A stretch of DNA of 64,000 bases from Enterobacterales bacterium. Its GTDB lineage: Bacteria > Pseudomonadota > Gammaproteobacteria > Enterobacterales > Kangiellaceae. The translations under genes and the position numbers were made by a program. Location: the NCBI GenBank assembly GCA_030949565.1, contig JAUZSK010000075.1, positions 16,277 to 80,276 on the forward strand. The letters are read 5' to 3'. Below the pieces are notes generated by a model, which worked only from the letters and a program-made list of their open reading frames with translations, was not told where the DNA came from and made no database searches. Positions 51,234-60,725 of the stretch are shown one piece after another. How positions within the stretch are numbered: the stretch's first letter is position 1; every line of letters begins with the position of its first letter.

Positions 51234-52632
51234 TACCTGACCCCTGTGTAATAATAACTGTAAAAGCCATCAGAACTAAAATAACGGAAACTAACCATGC
51301 AGGCAGTTTCTGGTATACCGCCTCCAAGGTGGTATTTCTCATCAACCAATGTGCGCTGACAAGGCTGCTTATTACAATGATGACTTGAATAATATATAAG
51401 GTTGGCAAAGGTGTTTTGGCTCCAACCGATGCAAAACCAAACATTGAACTAATTAAACTGATAGCATTTTCAAATCCATCAGCTCTAAAAAATACCCATG
51501 TAATATTAACAAGAATATAAGTCAGCAAGCCAAGAGCTACTTTCAACCAAGTATTTAACAGCACCTCTGCATCGCCAACACGGCTTCTCAAGATCCTTTC
51601 TATAGATAAGAAAATACCATGAAGACCACCCCATATTACAAAGTTCCAACTAGCGCCATGCCATAAACCACCCAAAAGCATGGTTAGCATTAAATTGATA
51701 TAGGTTCGTCGCTCACCTTTTTTATTCCCCCCTAAAGGAATATATAAATAGTCGCGTAACCAAGTCGATAGTGAGATATGCCATCGCCGCCAAAAATCAG
51801 AAAATCCGATTGCAGCATAAGGAAATCGAAAGTTTGTAGGGAGAGAAAAACCTAAGCATAAGGCAACGCCAATTGCGGTGGTTGAGTATCCCGCAAAGTC
51901 GGAAAATATTTGGCCCGAGAAAGCTAAGGTGCCAAGCCACGCGTCCAACATAGACATAGGTTCATGTGAGTTATAAACGGCTTCAACTGATGGGGCAAGC
52001 AGCGTATCAGCAATTACGACCTTTTGGAATAAACCAAGAATCATTAAATTAACACCCCACCAAAATTGTTTTAGATTGGCATAGTGTGGCGTTTCAAATT
52101 GTGGTATCAAGTGAGTGGGTCGTACAATGGGGCCGGCGACTAGTTGAGGGAAAAATGATACAAACAAAGAGAAATCTAAAAGTGATGTTGCGGGTTTAGC
52201 ACGTTTCAAATATATATCCAATGAATATGCCATGGTTTGAAAAGTATAGAAGCTAATCCCGACGGGAAGAATAATAGACCACTCCGGCACCTGATAATCG
52301 ATACCGAAATTTAGCATGAACAGCTGCCAGTTTTGGAGTAAAAATTCGCCATACTTAAAATAACCAAGAATCCCTAAATTGGTGGCCATGCTAAGAATTA
52401 AAAATATTCGACGTTTGGATTGTGTGGTTGCCACATCAATCCACTTAGCGACATGCCAATCAACAATGGTTGATATCAAAAGCAAAATAACAAAAGGAGG
52501 GTTCCATGCCGCGTAGAATAGATAACTGGCAATTAACAAATTGATTTTTTTTGTTCGCCAACTTAATGGCGAGTAGTGTAGAGTTAAAACAAGCAGAAAA
52601 AAAACGACAAAAGTTAATGAGTTAAATAGCAT
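51208..52632 (-). CDS. MBOAT-family O-acyltransferase (AlgI/DltB/PatA-like)
   Basis: Polytopic 474-aa protein with FWRRWHISLSTWLRDYLYIPLGGN, including the conserved His. Confidence 0.88.
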   Translation of the reverse strand: MLFNSLTFVVFFLLVLTLHYSPLSWRTKKINLLIASYLFYAAWNPPFVILLLISTIVDWHVAKWIDVATTQSKRRIFLILSMATNLGILGYFKYGEFLLQNWQLFMLNFGIDYQVPEWSIILPVGISFYTFQTMAYSLDIYLKRAKPATSLLDFSLFVSFFPQLVAGPIVRPTHLIPQFETPHYANLKQFWWGVNLMILGLFQKVVIADTLLAPSVEAVYNSHEPMSMLDAWLGTLAFSGQIFSDFAGYSTTAIGVALCLGFSLPTNFRFPYAAIGFSDFWRRWHISLSTWLRDYLYIPLGGNKKGERRTYINLMLTMLLGGLWHGASWNFVIWGGLHGIFLSIERILRSRVGDAEVLLNTWLKVALGLLTYILVNITWVFFRADGFENAISLISSMFGFASVGAKTPLPTLYIIQVIIVISSLVSAHWLMRNTTLEAVYQKLPAWLVSVILVLMAFTVIITQGSGNAFIYFQF

Positions 52633-52811
52633 AAGTACCCGATATCCCTTCTAATTATTCTTATATATTATAAGATGGACCGATACTTACTAACTGCAAC
52701 TTTTTAGAATATAAAGCAAGACTGCTTCTAGATAGAGTCATAGCAAAAACCATGGAGACCATCGATACTAGCACAGCATTCAATCATGCGTCAACTCTAG
52801 AGAGTTTGTTA

Positions 52812-54462
52812 CAGCAATTCTCGGTGAATTAGAATATTCTAAGCAAAATGTGATATTTCAGTATTTTTTATAGTCAAGGACTCATTATTTGATTTTTGCC
52901 CCCTTAATGCTTTAGTTACAGGTAGGGATCTAGCTACACAATCACGTGCAAATAATCCAAACTAGACTTTCTACGAACTTTTAAAACCGATCTTGATATC
53001 TTCTTGCTCTTCTAATAAATAAGTTAAGAGCGTTTCCCACGAGCTAAAAATGAAAAAATAGATTGCTCCTCTCAGCTTTTCCCATAAGTGGCGTTTTGAG
53101 CCAAATTTTTTGCGGCAACCTTGATAAACCTTATCCGTCAATTCAAATATTTGATGAAAGTAAAATGCTAGCAAAGTGATCAGATACAAATTGTAATTCA
53201 AATAGTGTTTACCATGACCATAATTGTGCTCTATACAATAGCCTTGGTTCTTCAAGGTATTGAAGCATTCATTTTCTATTTTCCATCGGCATCGACCAGC
53301 CTTAGCCATTTTAATAATATTTTTTTGTTTATTTTTACGTCTGTCACCCAGCTATTTGTTGAGGTCTCTTTTCCTTTCTCGTTAATGATTTTATATTCAA
53401 AATAATTAACCTCTACAGCGTCCGCTTGACCGTGTAAGGGGACTTTATTTTTCCAACGATACTGATGAGTGCGACCTTTTGCATCTTTTATTTCCAAGCA
53501 AGGCAATTCAGGGAAGTCGTTTAACCATTCAAAAGATATTGATGATCGCCAGGTTTACACACGAAAATATAGTGCATGTTGTTATCGAGCACTTTTTCAA
53601 TGAGTGGTTGATGAGACATTAAACCGTCACCACAGATCAAGAACTTTTGACGCGGGTGGGTTGCTTTGAGTCTATCTATAAAGCGTTTAGCGGCATTTGT
53701 TTCACAATCTTGTTTTTTACTTCCATCTGTATTTTGGATCGCTTCAGGCATAACAGGAATAACTTGTTTTTTATCAGGATGCATAATGGCTCCCTGTAAA
53801 ACAGCATGGCTATAGGTTTTTTCACCTGTCTTATGTTCTTTATGCAAGCAGTGTTCACAACTTATTTTCTTTGAACTATAGTATTGAGTTCCATCAATAC
53901 TGCACATTAAAACGTTTGGTAAAATGGCATAGCCTTCCAGATGTTTATGGCGTCTTAAACGGCTGAAGAAATCTTTGAAAATGGGTGCAATAGCGTCACT
54001 TGGGATGTTATCTAGCACGTCTCGAAGTTGAGAACTTTGAGGTATATTTTCAATACCAAATAAGGAGCGACAATTATTACTGCCTTGCTGATCTTCCATC
54101 TGTTGCTGAAATTTAAGTAAAGAAGGCTCTTGAAAATACATGCACGAAAAAGCACTCATAAGCACATCTTTCTGACTGTAATAGCAACTTCCCTTTTTCG
54201 AGGATCAGAGATGGCGTTAAAATGAGAGGCCATCGCTTGCCTAAGAGCGGTGAAATTGAGATGCTTTTTTGTTTTAATAAGGGTTTCACGAATAAACCAG
54301 CCAAAATATGGGTATCTACTTTTGATCAGATCGCTGGATTCATAAAAAGTTCAATTTTATTTGAAATAATATTCTGAAGCCTTCCTTTAGTGCGAAAGCA
54401 ATATTTTTGATGGCGCTGTAGAGCTGATAGACTAGGCTTTTTAATTTCACCGAGAATTGCTG
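52812..54462 (-). mobile_element. IS4-like insertion sequence, copy 1 (1651 bp, 17-bp terminal inverted repeats CAGCAATTCTCGGTGAA)
   Basis: Perfect terminal inverted repeats at both ends, flanked by AGTTTGTTA at 52803-52811 and 54463-54471. Confidence 0.85.
52971..54304 (-). pseudogene. DDE (DDE_Tnp_1/IS4-superfamily) transposase of copy 1, split into at least 4 frames
   Basis: Pieces at 54113-54304, 53521-54165, 53276-53506 and 52971-53309. RCRWKIENECFNTLKNQGY matches the IS4-type YREK region. Relative to copy 2 the breaks fall at homopolymers (A4 vs A5, T7 vs T8). Confidence 0.8.
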
Positions 54463-54471
54463 AGTTTGTTA

Positions 54472-56126
54472 CAGCAATTCTCGGTGAATTAGAATATTCT
54501 AAGCAAAATGTGATATTTCAGTATTTTTTATAGTCAAGGACTCTTTATTGGATTTTTTCCTCCCTTAATACTTTAGTTACAGGTAGGGATCTAGCTACAC
54601 AATCACGTGCAAATAATCCAGACCAGACTTTCTACGAACTTTTAAAACCGATCTTGATATCTTCTTGCTCTTCTAATAAATAAGTTAAGAGCGTTTCCCA
54701 CGAGCTAAAAATGAAAAAATAGATTGCGCCTCTCAGCTTTTCCCATAAGTGGCGTTTTGAGCCAAATTTTTTGCGGCAACCTTGATAAACCTTATCCGTC
54801 AATTCAAATATTTGATGAAAGTAAAATGCTAGCAAGGTGAGCAGATACAAATTGTAATTCAAATAGTGTTTACCATGGCCATAATTATGCCTATACAATA
54901 GCCTTGGTTCTTCAAGGTATTGAAGCATTCATTTTCTATTTTCCACCGGCATCGACCAGCCTTAGCCATTTTAATAATATTTTTTTTGTTTATTTTTACG
55001 TCTGTCACCCAGCTATTTGTTGAGGTCACTTTTCCTTTCTCGTTAATGATTTTATATTCAAAATAATTAACCTCTACAGCGTCCGCTTGACCATGTAAGG
55101 GGACTTCATTTTTCCAACGATACTGATGAGTGCGACCTTTTGCATCTTTTATTTCCAAGCAAGGCAATTCAGGGAAGTCGTTTAACCATTCAAAAAGATA
55201 TTGATGATCGCCAGGTTTACACACGAAAATATAGTGCATGTTGTTATCGAGCACTTTTTCAATGAGTGGTTGATGAGACATTAAACCGTCACCACAGATC
55301 AAGAACTTTTGACGCGGGTGGGTTGCTTTGAGTCTATCTATAAAGCGTTTAGCGGCATTTGTTTCACAATCTTGTTTTTTACTTCCATCTGTATTTTGGA
55401 TCGCTTCAGGCATAACAGGAATAACTTGTTTTTTATCGGGATGCATAATGGCTCCCTGTAAAACAGCATGGCTATAGGTTTTTTCACCTGTCTTATGTTC
55501 TTTATGCAAGCAGTGTTCACAACTTATTTTCTTTGAACTATAGTATTGAGTTCCATCAATACTGCACATTAAAACGTTTGGTAAAATGGCATAGCCTTCC
55601 AGATGTTTATGGCGTCTTAAACGGCTGAAGAAATCTTTGAAAATGGGTGCCATAGCGTCACTTGGGATGTTATCTAGCACGTCTCGAAGTTGAGAACTTT
55701 GAGGTATATTTTCAATACCAAATAAGGAGCGGCAATTATTATTGCCTTGCTGATCTTCCATCTGTTGCTGAAATTTAAGTAAAGAAGGCTCTTGAAAATA
55801 CATGCACGAAAAAGCACTCATAAGAACATCTTTCTGACTGTAATAGCAACTTCCCTTTTTTTCGAGGATCAGAGATAGCGTTAAAATGAGAGGCCATCAC
55901 TTGCCTAAGAGCGGTGAAATTGAGATGCTTTTTTTGTTTTAATAAGGGTTTCACGAATAAACCAGCCAAAATATGAGTATCTATTTTGATCAGATCGCTG
56001 GATTCATAAAAAGTTCAATTTTATTTTAAATAATATTCAGAAGCCTTCCTTTAGTGCGAAAGCAATATTTTTGATGGCGCTGTAGAGCTGATAAACTGGG
56101 CTTTTTAATTTCACCGAGAATTGCTG
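54472..56126 (-). mobile_element. IS4-like insertion sequence, copy 2 (1655 bp), in direct tandem with copy 1
   Basis: Same inverted repeats as copy 1, flanked by AGTTTGTTA at 54463-54471 and 56127-56135. It differs from copy 1 at scattered SNPs and indels. Confidence 0.85.
54632..55969 (-). pseudogene. DDE transposase of copy 2, split into 3 frames
   Basis: Pieces at 55775-55969, 54859-55821 (320 aa) and 54632-54928. Breaks are at an A7 run (6 would be in frame) and at a 1-nt deletion in ...GYCIEHNYGHG. Confidence 0.8.
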
Positions 56127-56359
56127 AGTTTGTTAAATTCAGTACTCTACAGAAAAAATATAATAAAGGCTATTGTATGTCTATAAGTTCTAATCACCAA
56201 ACTCGAAGAAGGAGGTTAAGTTCCGCTTTAAAAATAACTAATTCGGCAGTTTTTATCCAAAGTTCGATAAAAACTTCGAAAGTGAGTCAGGTTCTCTTTC
56301 CTTAGCTCGCAAACAATTATTTTCCAATTCAATTGTTTTATTTAGACTGGTTGTATAAA

Positions 56360-56527
56360 AATTCGTTGAATAGCCCAAATGTTCAGCCATTTCAGCACCC
56401 AGTGCAGCTTCGTTCAGTTTTTTTTGCAGCAAGTCGGTGAGTTGTTTTCTTCGGATGGCGTTTTTAGGTGCTCTTGAAGGACTTCAACAAGCGCTTTGAT
56501 CTCTGTACTCGTTGTTTGTTTGCTCAT
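56360..56527 (-). pseudogene. N-terminal remnant of an IS256-family (mutator-type) transposase, frameshifted and truncated
   Basis: MSKQTTSTEIKALVEVLQEHL, then (shifted) QLTDLLQKKLNEAALGAEMAEHLGY, the conserved IS256 N-terminal motif. Similarity ends after HLGY. Confidence 0.6.
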
Positions 56528-56803
56528 AACCTTTCCTTTTGATTAAGGTATTAGAAAATGAGCAGATACACAAATTTACTTACAGACTCATCAAAATGCT
56601 AATTGGACAACGTCAAAAACGATTCCTGAACGCCCCTAAGAGGGTTGAAGACATACGACTAATTCAGAGCTAAAACGCAATCAGCACCTTGCACAATAAT
56701 TTTATCGCACTGGCTGTTTGACAAGCCCATGGGACCAATTATATTTTCCATAACAAATCATTCAACTATTCACTTTTTGCCCAATATCATGTATAAAGTC
56801 GGC

Positions 56804-57658
56804 ATGAAAATGCCAAAAAAAATCAAACCCTTATATGAAGACGGAATTGTTGATGAAGTAATTAGTCAACTAATGAGCGGGAAAGAAGCAAAAGTTTATA
56901 TCGTGCGTTGTGGAAATGAAATACGCTGTGCCAAAGTTTATAAAGAAGCCTCAAAAAGAAGCTTTAAAAAAGCAGTGGAATATCAAGAAGGACGAAAAGG
57001 TAGAAACAGTCGACGCAATCGAGCGATGGAAAAAAAATCGTGTTTCGGCCGAAAACAACAGGAAGAGGCCTGGCAAAATGCAGAAGTAGATGCTTTGTAT
57101 CGGTTGGCTGACGCAGGTGTAAGAGCTCCCCAACCTTATGGATGTTTTGATGGCGTGTTACTCATGGAATTGATTTTAGATTCAGATGGTGATGTAGCTC
57201 CACGTTTAAACGATGTTTCTTTAACTCAAAAACAAGCAATCAAAGATCATACAACGATAATGCATGACGTTGCTCGGATGTTAAGCGTTGGCGTGATCCA
57301 TGGTGATTTATCTGAATTTAATGTCCTGTTAGATGAATTTGGTCCTGTGATTATTGATTTACCACAAGCGGTTGACGCTTCGGGAAATAATAATGCCAAA
57401 GCGATGCTAGAACGAGATGTTAATAACATGACACATTATTACGCGCAGTTCGCGCCCCAACTGTCCAATAGTCAATACGCCAAAGAAATTTGGGAATTGT
57501 ATGAAAAGGCAGAACTAAAAAACGACGTGGTCTTAACCGGTCAATTTACTGAGAGTGATAAGGAAGCTGATGTCGATGATGTGATGTTGCAGATCAAGGC
57601 TGCGTTTGAAGAGCAGGAAGCCCGATTAGAAAGAGCGCGTGAAGCAGATATCGATTAG
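56804..57658 (+). CDS. RIO1-like atypical serine protein kinase (bacterial RIO family)
   Basis: SGKEAKVY (P-loop-like), the catalytic VIHGDLSEFNVL, the metal-binding IIDLPQAV, and an acidic C-terminal tail. Confidence 0.8.
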   Translation: MKMPKKIKPLYEDGIVDEVISQLMSGKEAKVYIVRCGNEIRCAKVYKEASKRSFKKAVEYQEGRKGRNSRRNRAMEKKSCFGRKQQEEAWQNAEVDALYRLADAGVRAPQPYGCFDGVLLMELILDSDGDVAPRLNDVSLTQKQAIKDHTTIMHDVARMLSVGVIHGDLSEFNVLLDEFGPVIIDLPQAVDASGNNNAKAMLERDVNNMTHYYAQFAPQLSNSQYAKEIWELYEKAELKNDVVLTGQFTESDKEADVDDVMLQIKAAFEEQEARLERAREADID

Positions 57659-57881
57659 ATCCAATTGTGCGTAAAATCAGTTAAGTGAATCTTGAAGCTA
57701 TCTAATTCGAGAATTAACAAGACATTAGGAATCAAATGGCAATCCATAAATTCAGACAGTCGGACTATGATCAATTTCCTACAAGCGTTCAGGGCAATGT
57801 TTTACAATATCGTTCTTTTTAATATTTTTTGCACTAGCCCGCCTTCGTTTGGTCAGGATTTTGCCTAACCAGCAGACACAA

Positions 57882-57907
57882 AAAAGCCTCGAATAATCGA
57901 GGCTTTT
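57882..57907. terminator. Bidirectional rho-independent terminator between the RIO kinase gene and tRNA-Leu
   Basis: AAAAGCCTCG-AATAAT-CGAGGCTTTT. Confidence 0.8.
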
Positions 57908-57911
57908 AATC

Positions 57912-57996
57912 TGGTACCAGTGGGCGGACTCGAACCGCCACACCCGAAGGCGGGGGATTTTGAATCCCCTATGTCTACCAATTCCATCACACTGGC
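57912..57996 (-). tRNA. tRNA-Leu (anticodon CAA), 85 nt, CCA encoded
   Basis: Folded by hand. Acceptor stem GCCAGTG/CACTGGT (G1-U72 wobble); D arm ATG-GAATTGGTAGA-CAT; anticodon arm GGGGA-TTCAAAA-TCCCC; long variable arm; T arm GGCGG-TTCGAGT-CCGCC; then ACCA. Confidence 0.9.
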
Positions 57997-58259
57997 TTTA
58001 AACTTTACTTTTCTAAATATATTCTATTTTAACTTTGCTAGGGGATTCCCCTATGGTCGCTCTCAGGCCTCCTGCCTTCCGCGACACTTGTACATCCTGT
58101 ACGTCGTCTACCAATTCCATCACACTGGCTTTAAACTTTACTTTTCTAAATATATTCTATTTTAACTTTGCTAGGGGATTCCCCCGTGGTCGCTCTCAGG
58201 CTTCTGCCTTCCGCGACACTTGTACATCCTGTACGTCGTCTACCAATTACCACACTGGC
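57997..58259 (-). repeat. Two tandem units (133 and 130 bp) derived from the tRNA-Leu 5' part plus anticodon stem, with a 51-nt structured insert
   Basis: Each unit starts with GCCAGTGTG(AT)GGAATTGGTAGAC (tRNA nt 1-24). It contains GTACA-GGA-TGTAC and GTCGC...GCGAC hairpins, then ATAGGGGAATCCCC (the anticodon stem with a collapsed loop), then an AT-rich spacer ending AGTTTAAA. Confidence 0.85.
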
Positions 58260-58301
58260 TTTAAACTACTATTCCGCAGGCGTTACCCCTAGGAGCGAGC
58301 A

Positions 58302-58329
58302 ATTATAACGAATGTTTGATGCTTTGCAA
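58302..58329 (-). promoter_or_regulatory. Near-consensus sigma-70 promoter reading into the repeat units and tRNA-Leu
   Basis: On the minus strand, TTGCAA-16 nt-TATAAT, about 43 nt upstream of the distal repeat unit and just downstream of the yciO stop. Confidence 0.55.
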
Positions 58330-58363
58330 TCGAATTATTCGCTTTTTCAAATTTGTTCAAAGG

Positions 58364-58984
58364 CTATTCGAATTCATCTGGGCTACCAGCGCCATATCGC
58401 TTAATTTGTGGGTAACCTTCCATCATGTCTACAACGGTGGTTGGCAGGTCGCTGATGGCACCTCCATGAATAATGAGGTCCACCCGCCCATTAAGACGTT
58501 TGTGGATTTCATCCTCATCCACTAGGTTAGTTTCTTCATCCGGCATAATAAGGCTTGTGCTCATGAGGGGCTCATCCAATCCTTCTAGTAGCGCTAAAGC
58601 GATGGCATTGTTAGGGACCCGAATGCCGATGGTCTTTCGTTTGGGATGTTGTAAACGATTTGGAACTTCCGGTGACGCTCTTAGGATAAAGGTATAGGGT
58701 CCTGGGGTATGATTTTTTAATACGCGAAAAGAGGTGTTATCAACCCGCGCGAAATTAGCTAATTGCTTTAAATCACGACAAACTAAGGTGAAATTATGAT
58801 TTTTATCTAACTTACGGATCTGGCGTATTCGGTCCAGCGCTTTTTTATCACCGATATGACAACCTAGGGCATAACCAGAGTCAGTCGGATAAACAATTAA
58901 GCCGCCTTTTTGGACAATATTGACCGTCTGCCCCACTAAACGTGGCTGCGGATTATCCGGATGTATATCAAAATATTGTGTCAT
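58364..58984 (-). CDS. yciO: YciO (Sua5/YrdC/YciO-family threonylcarbamoyl-AMP synthase-like protein)
   Basis: Colinear with E. coli YciO (YFDIHPDNPQPRL, VYPTDSGYALGC, HNFTLVCRDL, TPGPYTFIL, KRKTIGIRVP, LMSTSL, VDLIIHGG). Confidence 0.92.
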   Translation of the reverse strand: MTQYFDIHPDNPQPRLVGQTVNIVQKGGLIVYPTDSGYALGCHIGDKKALDRIRQIRKLDKNHNFTLVCRDLKQLANFARVDNTSFRVLKNHTPGPYTFILRASPEVPNRLQHPKRKTIGIRVPNNAIALALLEGLDEPLMSTSLIMPDEETNLVDEDEIHKRLNGRVDLIIHGGAISDLPTTVVDMMEGYPQIKRYGAGSPDEFE

Positions 58985-59062
58985 TGCAATCTTCTCAACG
59001 CCATCATGGCTGCATCAACTAATTTAGGTTAAACAATATCACTGGTTATGATTGGAATATGA

Positions 59063-59926
59063 CTAAACCTTAAGTTTATTATTAATAATATCAATTACAT
59101 GGGGAATATTCGAGTCAATTCTTGGAAAACGCCCTAAGTCGGTCCATTTTAAGTCGGGATAATGAAAATCGGAACCGCCTGACACCAAAAGATCGTGTTT
59201 TTGACGTAACTGAAGCAACCAGGCTTTTTTATCAGGCGACAAACTGGGGTAAGCCACTTCCAGCGCATCACCACCGGCTAAAGAAAACTCTTCAATCAGA
59301 TAAGTTAAGCGTCGGTTAGACATAGGGTAGCGCGTAGGATGGGCTAAAATGGCTAAACCGCCAGCGCCGTGAATCGCTAGGATTGCTTGCTCCATGGCAA
59401 CCCAATTGGTTGCAACTTTTATACGGCCTTTTTTACCGATATATTTTTTGAAGGCTTGCTGGTTATCTTTGACCAGATTCATTAAAACCAAGGCGCGTGC
59501 AAGGTGGCTCCTCGTCACAACTTGTGTTGAGAGATCGAGCGTTGCTTGCTCGATGCCAAAAATATTAATTCTATTAAACTTTTCTTCATAAACAGACAGA
59601 CGTTCGAGGCGTTTTTGCTGTTGTAGTTCAATCACTTTTAATAATTCTGTATTAAATGGATCAATATTAAGACCCACCATGTGGATTTCACCAAAATCAG
59701 TTTGAACCGATAGTTCGACTGCATTGATTAATTTTAGATCGGTGATGGTTTGCTGCTTAAGATATTGCTTGGCTTCCATAAGTCCACTGATTGAATCATG
59801 ATCACTAATGGCTAGTAGCTGGAGATTTTCGCTACGGGCACGATCCACTAGATCACAGGGAGACAGGACGCCATCCGAGTAATAAGTGTGACTGTGAAAA
59901 TCGTAGTGCATTAGGCTTTGAGTCAT
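59063..59926 (-). CDS. yciV: PHP-domain phosphoesterase TrpH/YciV (RNase AM)
   Basis: DFHSHTYYSDG, AISDHD and GGSDFH motifs. It is adjacent to yciO, as in E. coli. Confidence 0.88.
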   Translation of the reverse strand: MTQSLMHYDFHSHTYYSDGVLSPCDLVDRARSENLQLLAISDHDSISGLMEAKQYLKQQTITDLKLINAVELSVQTDFGEIHMVGLNIDPFNTELLKVIELQQQKRLERLSVYEEKFNRINIFGIEQATLDLSTQVVTRSHLARALVLMNLVKDNQQAFKKYIGKKGRIKVATNWVAMEQAILAIHGAGGLAILAHPTRYPMSNRRLTYLIEEFSLAGGDALEVAYPSLSPDKKAWLLQLRQKHDLLVSGGSDFHYPDLKWTDLGRFPRIDSNIPHVIDIINNKLKV

Positions 59927-60137
59927 AAGCTTGGCTAGGTTATTTCCAAGTATTAGTTTGTGAATACAAGAATGTTAACCACTTTTGCTAGGCTTAGATA
60001 GGGATTCATTCAAAAATCAGCTTTATTTCGTCTATTTCATTTGATTCATACCAATATTTAGGCGTCACAGTCTAGTCTATTCTAATAATAGTCGTTATCA
60101 TTAGCCTTTAAATTAACCTTTAATGGTATCCAATAGA

Positions 60138-60719
60138 ATGAAGTTTTTTCTCGATTTTTTCCCGATTGTTGTTTTTGTCGGAGTCTACAGCTTTTCAAAA
60201 GATGAGCAGCCTATGTATCCCGCGGTCATTGCGTTGATGGTTGCCACCCTTATTCAAAATATCGGCACTCGACTACTGACCGGTAAATTTGAAAAACTAC
60301 ATCTCTGGACTTTAGTTATCACCGTTATTTTTGGTAGCATGACCCTCATTTTTAGGCAGCCAGCTTTTATCTTTTGGAAGGCCAGTGTATTAGTTTGGGT
60401 GACGGCTTTAGTCTTTTTATACCGCCAACATATCCTTGGAAAAATATTGCTGCAAGAAATGTTTGAAAAAGGTATCGACCAAGGCATTAATGCGCCGGAA
60501 AAACTTTGGCGGAGTTTGAATCATTTATGGGCTTTCAGTTATTTTCTTTTCGGATTTCTCAATATTTATGTGGCTTATGAATTCAATGAGGCCTTTTGGG
60601 TTAAGTTTAAACTGATTGGTTTAATGGGGCTTAATTTTGCCTTATTGTTTTATATTATTTTTAAACTCTACCCCTATTTCCCTATGGATGAAGAAACGCC
60701 ATCCGACAGCGAGAACTAA
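60138..60719 (+). CDS. yciB: Inner-membrane septation/envelope protein YciB (IspZ)
   Basis: MKFFLDFFPIVVFVGVY N-terminus and a 5-TM profile. The ORF-track start at 60123 is less likely. Confidence 0.88.
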   Translation: MKFFLDFFPIVVFVGVYSFSKDEQPMYPAVIALMVATLIQNIGTRLLTGKFEKLHLWTLVITVIFGSMTLIFRQPAFIFWKASVLVWVTALVFLYRQHILGKILLQEMFEKGIDQGINAPEKLWRSLNHLWAFSYFLFGFLNIYVAYEFNEAFWVKFKLIGLMGLNFALLFYIIFKLYPYFPMDEETPSDSEN

Positions 60720-60725
60720 AATCCA

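Noticed and set aside
48372-57911. A bounded genomic island integrated at the 3' end of tRNA-Leu
   Set aside because: The accessory content and IS density are suggestive. However, I found no integrase gene and no direct repeat of the tRNA 3' end that would define att sites, so I did not annotate an island.
57997-58259. A CRISPR array, or additional tRNA genes, in the ~131-bp tandem units
   Set aside because: There are only two units, with a period of about 131 bp and no short repeat/unique spacer alternation, so this is not CRISPR. The units lack the T arm and the 3' acceptor strand and cannot fold as tRNAs.
57920-58292. The + strand ORFs 57920-58165 (81 aa) and 58035-58292 (85 aa)
   Set aside because: They run antisense through tRNA-Leu and the tRNA-derived tandem repeats. 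Their apparent length and internal similarity are a by-product of the DNA repeat.
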